DNA from: Fluviicola sp. XM-24bin1
Lineage (GTDB): Bacteria > Bacteroidota > Bacteroidia > Flavobacteriales_D > Crocinitomicaceae
Assembly: GCA_003149635.1 (NCBI GenBank)
Contig: QCWI01000015.1
Span: 13,635-77,634, forward strand
DNA length: 64,000 bases
Reading direction: 5' to 3'
Shown here: positions 19,121-28,400 of the stretch, piece by piece
Position numbering within the stretch: the stretch's first letter is position 1
How the letters are laid out: every line of letters begins with the position of its first letter
Notes under the pieces: generated by a model
The model's database searches: none
Told to the model about the DNA's origin: nothing
The model's input: only the letters and a program-made list of their open reading frames with translations
Translations under genes and position numbers: made by a program

Positions 19121-20600
19121 GCATCTGGTTTTTAACGAATTCCACACTCTTTTTCATCAATTCATGCGAGTAAACGTCCTGTTGCACGAAAGGCACATGC
19201 TCTCGGTACTGCGCACGCAATTTTTCTAAGGATTCCGAGCTTTTCTCTTTTCTGAAATCCATTGCTTGTGAAGCATTCATTAATTCAATTCCCAAAACAG
19301 AATAGCAATTTTCAACTACGCGAAACAGTTTTGTAGCCGCATTTGCCCCCATACTTACATGATCTTCCTGACCGTTACTTGAATCAATTGTATCGATACT
19401 TGCTGGCGTACACAATTGTTTATTCTGACTTACAATGCTTGCCGCTGTGTACTGAGGAATCATAAAGCCAGAGTTCAATCCGGGCTCAGCCACTAAGAAC
19501 GGTGGCAATCCGCGGGTTCCAGAAATAAGCTTGTACACACGACGTTCTGAAATACTTGCCAACTCAGAGAGGGCAATCGCGAGAAAATCCATAGAGATAG
19601 CCAAAGGCTGACCATGGAAATTACCGGCTGAAACTACGTCATCTTCGTCTGGAAAAACCGTTGGATTATCCGTAACCGCATTGATTTCACGTTCTAAAAT
19701 CGTTGCACAATAGTCAATTGCATCTTTGGACGCACCGTGCACCTGAGGGATACATCGGAATGAATACGGATCTTGAACATGTTCTTTCGGACGGCTGATC
19801 ATTTCACTGCCGTTTAGAACTTCGCGCATCAATTCAGCAGCTTCGATCTGTCCTTTCTGACGGCGAATTTCATTCACATTCGCTTGGAATGGATTCAAAC
19901 GTCCGTCATAACCTTCTAATGATAAGGCACCGATCGTAGTGAACTTCGTCCATAAATTACGTGCATTGCTTACTGCATGAGATCCGTAAGCGCTCATGAA
20001 TTGCGTACCGTTCAATAACGCAAGCCCTTCCTTAGAACGCAATTTGATCGGCTCCAAATGAAATTGCTTCAAAACTTCTACTGCAGGACGCTTTTTACCG
20101 AGGTAATTCACCTCTCCTTCTCCCAAAATTGGCAAAGAGAGATGCGCCAGTGGTGATAAATCACCCGAAGCCCCTAAACTCCCTTGTTGATATACAACAG
20201 GCAGAATGTCTTTATTGAAGAAGAACAACAAGCGTTCAACCGTCTCCAATTGCGCCCCTGAATTTCCTTGAGACAACCCCAATGCTTTCAAAAGGAGCAT
20301 GCGCTTTACCAATTCTGCGGGCACCTCCTCTCCCATTCCACAAGCGTGAGATAAGACGAGATTTCGCTGCAGTTGCTCTAAATCACCGGGCGAAATTGCG
20401 GTATTACACAAAGAACCAAATCCTGTATTCACACCGTAAATGAGACTATCGTGGCGCTCTACTTTATCGTCCAAATACGCACGGCAATGCAAAATGCGCT
20501 CTTTTGCCTCTTCACTTAAAACAACTTGCGTCCCTGATTTCAGAACCAAATCGATTTGATCAAGAGTTACCCAACTATCGTTGATTATGAATTTGTTCAT
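19107..20600 (-). CDS. hutH: Histidine ammonia-lyase
   Basis: MIO-forming GASGDLSPLAH. The substrate-selectivity region LVLSHACG carries the Ser-His of HAL enzymes. Collinear with Pseudomonas HutH. Confidence 0.9.
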   Translation of the reverse strand: MNKFIINDSWVTLDQIDLVLKSGTQVVLSEEAKERILHCRAYLDDKVERHDSLIYGVNTGFGSLCNTAISPGDLEQLQRNLVLSHACGMGEEVPAELVKRMLLLKALGLSQGNSGAQLETVERLLFFFNKDILPVVYQQGSLGASGDLSPLAHLSLPILGEGEVNYLGKKRPAVEVLKQFHLEPIKLRSKEGLALLNGTQFMSAYGSHAVSNARNLWTKFTTIGALSLEGYDGRLNPFQANVNEIRRQKGQIEAAELMREVLNGSEMISRPKEHVQDPYSFRCIPQVHGASKDAIDYCATILEREINAVTDNPTVFPDEDDVVSAGNFHGQPLAISMDFLAIALSELASISERRVYKLISGTRGLPPFLVAEPGLNSGFMIPQYTAASIVSQNKQLCTPASIDTIDSSNGQEDHVSMGANAATKLFRVVENCYSVLGIELMNASQAMDFRKEKSSESLEKLRAQYREHVPFVQQDVYSHELMKKSVEFVKNQMHAGS

Positions 20601-21974
20601 TTATGCTTTCTTGAGGTGATTTACAAGAGCGTCAGGCTGAATGTCATCCTGCTCTCCTGTATCCATGTTTTTAATACGAAGTACGCCTTGTTCCATCTCG
20701 TTTTTTCCAACGAGCGCCACGAATTTCACACCTCTATCATTCGCGTACTTCATTTGCTTGTTCATTTTTGCTGACTTCGGATACAATTCCGATGAAACGC
20801 CTGCTTCTCGCATTTTCTTTACCATTCCCATGCAGTAGGCGGCTTCTTCCTCTCCAAAGTTGATGAAGAGTAATTCTAATCGATTGTCGACAGACGATGG
20901 AAACAAATCCAATTCTTCCAAAACATCGTAGATGCGATCCGCACCGAATGAAATCCCTACACCTGACATATTTTTCATTCCGAAAATACCCGTTAGATCG
21001 TCGTAACGACCTCCACCACAAATACTTCCAATGCTCACGGCATTACATTTTACCTCGAAAATAGCGCCAGTATAGTAGTTCAATCCGCGGGCAAGTGTCA
21101 CATCGAATTCTACCTCTGTAGATTTCAATCCGAGCTGATCCGTGGTATTAAAAATGTATTCTAACTCTTCAATTCCTTTCAAACCAATTTCAGAATCCGC
21201 CAAAAAAGTTTTCATTTGCACCAAACGTTGTCGGGTATCCCCCGTAATCTTAAAAAGCGGCTTGATTTTCTCCAGCGCATCTTCAGAAATCCCTTTCGAT
21301 TGCAATTCTTTCAATACACCTTCCAGGCCAATTTTATCCAATTTGTCGATGGCTACGGTGATGGCAACAATTTTCTCGGCTTCGCCACTCACCTCTGCAA
21401 TTCCCGATAAGATTTTTCTGTTGTTAATCTTGATCACTGCTTGCGGTACGTTCAGGTTGGTCAATACTTCATCAAACAACTGCACGTAATCTACTTCATA
21501 GACCAATGAATCGCTTCCTACAACATCTGCGTCGCATTGATAGAATTCCTGATATCTGCTTTTCTGAGGTTTATCCGCGCGCCAAACAGGTTGAATTTGG
21601 TAGCGTTTGAAGGGAAATGCCAAATCATTTTGATGTTGCACTACGAAACGTGCAAACGGTACGGTAAGATCGTAACGTAATGCCTTTTCTGAAAGTGAAT
21701 TTGCAAAGCGTGGAAGATTTCCTTCGTTCAAGGCATCCACGTCTGCTTTTTTCATCTTTTCTCCTGAATTCAGGATGCGAAAGATAAGTCGATCTCCTTC
21801 TTCACCGTATTTCCCCATCAAAGTGCTTGAAAGCTCAAAAGATGGCGTTTCAATTGGTGAAAAACCATAGGTTTCAAATGAATCCTTGATCGTCTGGAAG
21901 ATATACTGACGTTTGGCTACAATAGCCGGAAAAAAATCGCGTGTTCCTTTCGCTACACTTGGTTTTTGCCCCAT
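20601..21974 (-). CDS. hisS: Histidine--tRNA ligase
   Basis: Class II aaRS motifs (FRYDLTVP-like LRYDLTVPFAR, QCDADV.G, GGGRYD) and a C-terminal anticodon-binding domain. Confidence 0.95.
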   Translation of the reverse strand: MGQKPSVAKGTRDFFPAIVAKRQYIFQTIKDSFETYGFSPIETPSFELSSTLMGKYGEEGDRLIFRILNSGEKMKKADVDALNEGNLPRFANSLSEKALRYDLTVPFARFVVQHQNDLAFPFKRYQIQPVWRADKPQKSRYQEFYQCDADVVGSDSLVYEVDYVQLFDEVLTNLNVPQAVIKINNRKILSGIAEVSGEAEKIVAITVAIDKLDKIGLEGVLKELQSKGISEDALEKIKPLFKITGDTRQRLVQMKTFLADSEIGLKGIEELEYIFNTTDQLGLKSTEVEFDVTLARGLNYYTGAIFEVKCNAVSIGSICGGGRYDDLTGIFGMKNMSGVGISFGADRIYDVLEELDLFPSSVDNRLELLFINFGEEEAAYCMGMVKKMREAGVSSELYPKSAKMNKQMKYANDRGVKFVALVGKNEMEQGVLRIKNMDTGEQDDIQPDALVNHLKKA

Positions 21975-22031
21975 TTAAAATGATTTGCGGCAAATGTAAC
22001 GATAATTGAAAAAAAAGTGGTGTCGCTTCGC

Positions 22032-23072
22032 TTACAGTGTTGACTTCCCAAGCCACTTAAGCACATTCGAATCCCAGATGTCGTCCGCTTCCTTCTGTTC
22101 CAAAATATTTGCTTCTACGGCAAAGTCAATTACGCGCCCTGGATACGAGTTCGCCACCCCTTCCATTTCTCCCAGTGGATACGGATCATCCAATCCAGCG
22201 ATGATCTGAGAGGCACCCACACGCGTTTTCAATAACTGGAGCGTATAGGAATCGTGCACCAAAGTATCAAAGAACAAATTTGGATGTCCCAATGCAGTCC
22301 TTGGATCACGCGCATCTTCGAATAAGTCTGGACGTCCGTCATATCCTTGCAAGCGACGACCGTAATTGGCCTGTCCTAACATACAACCATGCGCGAAACA
22401 AGTACGGATGTTCGGGAAACGATGAATGAAATCTTTCAACACATAGAAATGAAGCGTATCGGCCGTTTGTGCCATCATCCAAACGAGATGGAAACGCCAA
22501 TATTCATTTTTTAATTTGACCATTTTCTCTCCATCGTACGGGTGGATTTCGAGAGCTAAATTGTAGTGATTCGCTAATTCGAAAATTGGAAGTGCATCGT
22601 CATCCGCTGTGGAAACCCACTCTCCCTCCGAATTGATAAAATGCGAAGGAAGACAAAGCAGATTCATGTTCAACTTTTCGACACATCGCTCAATCTCTTT
22701 CAATGCATCTTCCACGTATAATGGTTGCACTACAAATCCAGAGGTGAATTTATCCGGACGGCGTTCTTGAACACTGGCGTTGAAATCGTTTTGCCATAGA
22801 ATGGCATCGTTTGCATCTTGACGCTCCCAACCATTACAGTACACTTGGGATAAGTTGAGCATTACCCCGTGGTCGATGTCGTATTTTTCCATCCACTCCA
22901 GCTTCTCATTGAAGAAAAAGCTGGGATCAGTAATTGGGCGTGACCAATCGCCTTGTCGCATGAACTTTTTGTCGCCATCAATCCAGAACAATTTCTTGTC
23001 CTTCATAAAATTTGGAATTTCCTTAGGCTCAGGGAGAATGTGACCGTGACCGTTAATGCGACGTTTTTTCAT
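22032..23072 (-). CDS. Amidohydrolase family protein (ACMSD/COG2159-like)
   Basis: INGHGHILP metal-binding start and a TIM-barrel hydrolase pattern (..FAHGC.., ..DDPYP..). I prefer the start at M41 (23072, MKKRRINGHGH). The longer ORF to 23192 runs into a terminator. Confidence 0.7.
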   Translation of the reverse strand: MKKRRINGHGHILPEPKEIPNFMKDKKLFWIDGDKKFMRQGDWSRPITDPSFFFNEKLEWMEKYDIDHGVMLNLSQVYCNGWERQDANDAILWQNDFNASVQERRPDKFTSGFVVQPLYVEDALKEIERCVEKLNMNLLCLPSHFINSEGEWVSTADDDALPIFELANHYNLALEIHPYDGEKMVKLKNEYWRFHLVWMMAQTADTLHFYVLKDFIHRFPNIRTCFAHGCMLGQANYGRRLQGYDGRPDLFEDARDPRTALGHPNLFFDTLVHDSYTLQLLKTRVGASQIIAGLDDPYPLGEMEGVANSYPGRVIDFAVEANILEQKEADDIWDSNVLKWLGKSTL

Positions 23073-23110
23073 AGCAGGATTTCGATGTACGTTTTGTTGC
23101 TCAAGTATAG

Positions 23111-23145
23111 TAAAAAAAAATGCCCCTCGAACTAACGAGAGGCAT
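23111..23145 (-). terminator. Rho-independent terminator of the 690-aa M43 protease gene
   Basis: Minus strand reads atgcctctcg ttagtt cgaggggcat followed by T9. Confidence 0.75.
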
Positions 23146-23231
23146 TCCTTATTCATTTTAATTCTAATCATGTCCGAAAGGCTACGGCGCAAGCTCGCCT
23201 ACCTTACGTCTTCAAAAGCTAACGCTTTTTC

Positions 23232-25304
23232 TTATTTTAAGATCACACGCTTAGTCATTGTTCCGTTAGCAGTTTGGATAGCAACAGTGTATGTTCCTGC
23301 AGCCGCTCCTGACATATCGATTGTGAATACATCTGTATTCTCAACGTTTGTCATTACTACACGTCCTGTAACGTCCAATACTGAAACCGTAAAGTCACCT
23401 GCAACAGCTTCTGTCATGGTTACATTGAAGATTCCATTACCTGGGTTCGGGAATACTGTGAAATCGTTTCCAGCCAACTCATCAATTCCAACTCCGCTTA
23501 AACAGAAGTTCGCAGTTTCAGAGAATGTAAACGTTCCGTTTGGCGCTTGCATAGAAGCCAAAACAGTTCCGAATTCATCTTCGATCTGGTAATCACCATC
23601 TGTGTTACATCCTTGAACAGCAGAACCGTTCAATCCATCACCGTAAGCATCCCAAAGTGTGAACTCGTAACACTCTCCTGAAGTCAAACACCATTCGATT
23701 TCGATAGTCGTTTCGTTTGGATATGCTCCTGGATCTGTTGTAGCTGTATTCTGAGTTGCGGTTACTGGCAATGTTACGTTCTGGTTACCTCCTGTATACA
23801 ACAAGTTGTTCGAAGCATCATACAATTCGTACACTGACTCTTCACCGTAACAATCTGTATCCAAAGTGAATGTCACAACTGATCCTGTTCCATCCAATGT
23901 GAATGATTCAGCATCCGCATCATTAGAAGTGTTTGTATCGTTGTTTCCGTTTGGAGATGACGTAGATGCGTTGAATGTGTGCGCACCGTTTGAAGTTGTT
24001 TGCGTTGGGAGAGCGATGGTAGTCGTCTGCCCTGCTCCTAGAGATCCTGTCCAGTTTTCTGTCTGGTTCGTACCTCCATCGATATCATAGTTCAATGTGA
24101 ACGATGTAATAGTGTTTGTTCCGTAGTTACGAACAACTAATTCAGGATCGAAGCTCTCACCACAGATTGTTCCTGTTGGTGCGTTGATCGCTTGTACTCC
24201 GATATCATCGTTAACTGTCTGAAGGTTACAAACGTTGTTTTGTCCAAGTGTAGAACGACGAGGAGAAACAGACATTACCGTTTGGATACGTGTCTTTTGA
24301 TCGTTCGTGAACGTGTTCATACAGATATCGTTCGTGTAATCCATGTAGTTCTCAACCATATCTTGCTGACCGTCACAAGTTGTTTGTGTTGGACATCCAA
24401 AGTTTGATCCTGAACTCTCTGGCGTATCTGCACAGAAATCGTTTCCACAGTTAGAATCTCCCCAGATGTGACGAAGACCTAACCAGTGACCTGCTTCGTG
24501 TGTTAATGTACGCCCACGGTTGTAAGGATTCCCTTGTGGATTTGGGTTTGCAACTGAACCAACTGAAGTGTACAAGATTACGCATCCGTCTGTGTTTGCT
24601 GAACCTCCATTTGTATTCAATCCCCCAAGACCTGAGTTCGATGGGAACTGAGCGTATCCCAAAAGCCCTCCAGAAAGATCACTTACCCAAATGTTAAAGT
24701 AATCGTTCGGATCCCAGATCGTTTGAGCTTTAATTCCGTTTGTTCCTTCGTAATCTCCGTTACCGAAAGGCCCGTCACCATACGTTGTAATACGGTTAAT
24801 TCCAGGTTCTGCCAAAGGTGTTCCGTTTTCATCCACCTGAGCCAAACAGAATTGTACTTCTGTATCAGCTGATTGTGCGTAAGAACTTCCAGCCTGATCT
24901 GCATAATCAAGGTTCAACTGATCCAACTGCGCTTGAATTTGAGCAGCTGATAGGTTTTCAGCACCTGATCCATCCGTGAGGATGTGGAAGATTACTGGAA
25001 TGGTGTATTGAATCTTTTTTGCTTCTCCGTTCAATTGCGCTGCTTTGAACTTTGCAATTTCGCGTTGTAAAGCTTCTTCTTCTTGCGCCAGTGTAGGAAG
25101 GCTTGGATCATTCGCACGACGAATGGAATCAGCTTCCATTGTATGACAACGAATACGTCCATCAGGACCAATTGTTGAAGCGTACGTTATGTTATTGTGC
25201 TGATGTAAGTCTCTTTTTGCCGGAACTACTTCCTGAGCATTTGCACCCACAGTTAAGGAGAGAGCTCCCAATAAAAGGGCACTCTTCAGAGAGTTGGTTT
25301 TCAT
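23232..25304 (-). CDS. Secreted M43-family (pappalysin/cytophagalysin-like) zinc metalloprotease with T9SS C-terminal domain
   Basis: Signal peptide, HEAGHWLGLRHIWGD (24468-24500) and a Met-turn region ENYMDY. C-terminal CTD FTVFPNPGNGIFNV...GTYTVAIQTANGTMTKRVILK. Confidence 0.85.
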   Translation of the reverse strand: MKTNSLKSALLLGALSLTVGANAQEVVPAKRDLHQHNNITYASTIGPDGRIRCHTMEADSIRRANDPSLPTLAQEEEALQREIAKFKAAQLNGEAKKIQYTIPVIFHILTDGSGAENLSAAQIQAQLDQLNLDYADQAGSSYAQSADTEVQFCLAQVDENGTPLAEPGINRITTYGDGPFGNGDYEGTNGIKAQTIWDPNDYFNIWVSDLSGGLLGYAQFPSNSGLGGLNTNGGSANTDGCVILYTSVGSVANPNPQGNPYNRGRTLTHEAGHWLGLRHIWGDSNCGNDFCADTPESSGSNFGCPTQTTCDGQQDMVENYMDYTNDICMNTFTNDQKTRIQTVMSVSPRRSTLGQNNVCNLQTVNDDIGVQAINAPTGTICGESFDPELVVRNYGTNTITSFTLNYDIDGGTNQTENWTGSLGAGQTTTIALPTQTTSNGAHTFNASTSSPNGNNDTNTSNDADAESFTLDGTGSVVTFTLDTDCYGEESVYELYDASNNLLYTGGNQNVTLPVTATQNTATTDPGAYPNETTIEIEWCLTSGECYEFTLWDAYGDGLNGSAVQGCNTDGDYQIEDEFGTVLASMQAPNGTFTFSETANFCLSGVGIDELAGNDFTVFPNPGNGIFNVTMTEAVAGDFTVSVLDVTGRVVMTNVENTDVFTIDMSGAAAGTYTVAIQTANGTMTKRVILK

Positions 25305-25410
25305 AGTTTTACAGTTTAAGTAAAGTTTGGACGTCTAAATTAAGGAATCTTTAATAAATAAACAAAAGTGAATTATCCACATTTCACTGATGACATCGGC
25401 ATTCTGAAAC

Positions 25411-25437
25411 AAAAAAAGGGAGACCGAAGCCTCCCTT
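25411..25437 (-). terminator. Rho-independent terminator of the giant protease gene
   Basis: Minus strand reads aagggag gcttcggt ctccctt followed by T8. Confidence 0.8.
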
Positions 25438-25459
25438 TCCTTTAATTTACTTTATCGTT

Positions 25460-28400
25460 TTAATGTTTCACAACGCGTTCCCAATGCGCGCTAGAACCTG
25501 CATTGATCTGGAATTGGTAAACACCTCTTGCGTAATCACTGATATCAACATCATGTGTTGCGCCGTCCAATCGAAGTACATCGATCAATTTACCTGCGTT
25601 ATCGAAGATTCTTACTTCTTCCAACATCGCTCCGTTTGATACAAACGTTATTACTCCGTTTGTTGGATTCGGATGGATCGATACAATTACCTCTTCTATC
25701 TCATCGATGTTCGCACAATCTTGCACGGTAATTACATCGGTATCCGTTGCCGAACAACCGTTGGCGTCCGTGTAAGAATACGTAATCGTGTGCGATCCGA
25801 TTCCTGCAGTCGACGGAGAGAATACTCCACCTGTCACTCCAGTACCTGCGTACGTTCCTCCAGCCGGCGTTCCACCTGCAAGGGTTACGTCTGCATCAGA
25901 ATCACAGAACTCCTGAATCGTTAATGCTAAAACTACCGATGGCAATCCTTGAACTGTCAAATCAAGCGTTACAATCGAATCACATCCAGCAGCATTCGTA
26001 AGAATAGCTGTGTACGTTCCAGAAGACGTGTACGTATTTCCGTCTGCAGACCATACATATTGATCACAAACTGTAGCTGTTTCTGTTCCGGTTGTCGGCG
26101 TGTTGATTGTCAAGTTCAATGTTACGATGGAATCACATCCATTACTTCCGGTCAACGTAGTCGTGTACGTTCCTGACGACGTATATGTCAATCCAGATGT
26201 TGGCCATGTGTAGAAATCACATCCTGAAGCTGTCTCCGAACCTGTTGTTGGTTGCAAAATTGTCAAGTTCAAAGTCACTACGGAATCACATCCATTCGAT
26301 GCTGCGATCGTTTCTGTAAATGTTCCTCCAGTTGTGTACGTCGTTCCATTTGTAGACCACGTGTAAGAACCACATGCCGTTTCGTTCACGGTTACCGGTG
26401 CCGGCGATGTAAGCGGATTCGCTGTTGCCGTTCCAGGAACACTTGTACATCCACCTAATGTTTGTGTCACTGTATAAGCTCCTGTTGTTGTAACTGTAAT
26501 GGACGCTGTAGTTTCACCTGTAGACCATAACAAGTTGGTTCCTGTTGCCGTCAAAGTAGACGATCCACAGTTATCAACCACTGTAATTACAGGTGCTGAT
26601 GGCGTTGCCAGTGGATTCGCAGTTCCTGATCCAGCTGAACTTGTACATCCTCCTACCGTTTGAGTAACAGTATAAGCTCCTGCAGATGTTACTGTAATCG
26701 AAGCAGTCGTTTCACCCGTTGACCAGAGTAAGTTAGATCCTGTGGCTGCCAATGTCGACGATCCACAGTTATCAACTACAGTCACAGTTGGTGCTGAAGG
26801 TATTGCCGTTGGGTTTGCTGTTCCTGATCCTGCAATACTTGTACATCCACCTACTGTTTGTGTAACAGTATAAAGACCTCCTGTGGTAACAGTGATCGAT
26901 GCTGTCGTTTCTCCTGTTGACCATAACAAGTTCGTTCCTGAAGTTGTCAAGGTAGATGATCCACAGTTATCAACTACAGTCACTACTGGCGTTGCTGGAA
27001 TTGGCGTCGGATTTGCCGTTCCTGATCCAGCTACACTTGTACATCCTCCAACAGTTTGCGTAACAGTGTAAAGACCTCCTGTTGTTACAGTAATAGATGC
27101 CGTTGTTTCACCTGTTGACCATGACAAGTTCGATCCGGAAGTCGTCAATGTTGAAGATCCACAGTTATCAACTACCGTTACTACTGGGGTTGCTGGAATT
27201 GGCAACGGATTCGCAGTACCAGACCCTGTAATACTCGTACATCCTCCTACTGTCTGAGTTACTGTGTAAACACCTCCTGTTGTCACAGTGATCGATGCTG
27301 TTGTTTCTCCTGTCGACCATAACAAGTTGGTTCCCGAAGTCGTCAATGTTGACGATCCACAGTTGTCAACTACAGTCACAACCGGCGTTGCTGGTGCTGC
27401 TGGATCAGACAATGTTTCGTTCAATGTATTCGAAGTACATCCATCGTCAAACGTGATTGCATATGATCCCGCCGTAAGTCCACTAATTGTGTATGGAAGA
27501 GTCACCACTCCGCTGTTACCAGATGAAGTTCCTGTCCATGTCACCGTACCGGTTCCTGTTCCGTTTACAACAATGGATCCGTTGTTGTTTCCACATGATG
27601 ATGGATTTGTCAATGTTCCAGTTGTAATAGTTGGTGCAACTAACGGAGCAGCAGTTCCTGATCCTGCAATACTCGTACATCCTCCAACTGTTTGCGTCAC
27701 TGTGTATAATCCTGGAGTTGTTACAGTGATAGAAGCTGTCGTCTCACCTGTTGACCACGACAAGTTCGTTCCTGAAGTTGTCAAGGTTGAAGAACCACAG
27801 TTATTCACTACTGTTACTACCGGAGTAGCTGGAATCGCCAATGGATTCGCAGTTCCTGTTCCTGGTGCAGACGTACATCCACCCACAGTTTGTGTTACAG
27901 TATAAGATCCCGCTGTCGTTACCGTGATTGATGCTGTTGTTTCACCAGTCGACCACAATAAGTTCGTTCCAGTTGCTGTCAACGTAGATGATCCACAGTT
28001 ATCAACTACCGTTACTGTTGGTGGTGCCGGTGCAACTGGATCTGACAAGGACTCATTCAAAGTATTTGAAGGACATCCATTATCAAACGTAATGGTATAA
28101 GCCCCTGCTGTAAGTCCAGAAATCGTATATGGAAGGGTTACAACTCCACTGTTCCCTGAAGAAGCTCCCGTCCAAGTTACCGTTCCAATTCCTGTTCCAT
28201 TCACTACGATTGAACCGTCGTTGTTTCCACACGATGATGGATCTGTTAACGTTCCCGCCGTAATTGTTGGATTCGATAATGGATTGGCTGTACCTGATCC
28301 TGCTGGACTGATACATCCACCTACAGTCTGTGTCACTGTGTAAGCTCCTGCAGTTGTTACTGTGATTGAAGCTGTTGTCTCACCAGTTGACCATAATAGG

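Noticed and set aside
19107-20600. The ammonia-lyase might be a tyrosine ammonia-lyase feeding flexirubin-type pigment synthesis.
   Set aside because: The selectivity position reads LVLSHACG, the Ser-His of histidine ammonia-lyases, rather than the His-Leu of TAL or the Phe-Leu of PAL. No polyketide or flexirubin genes are adjacent.
23073-23192. A 40-codon N-terminal extension of the amidohydrolase ORF (ORF-track start 23192).
   Set aside because: The extension runs through the upstream gene's terminator hairpin and T-run (23111-23145). The conserved metal-binding start MKKRRINGHGH begins at 23072.
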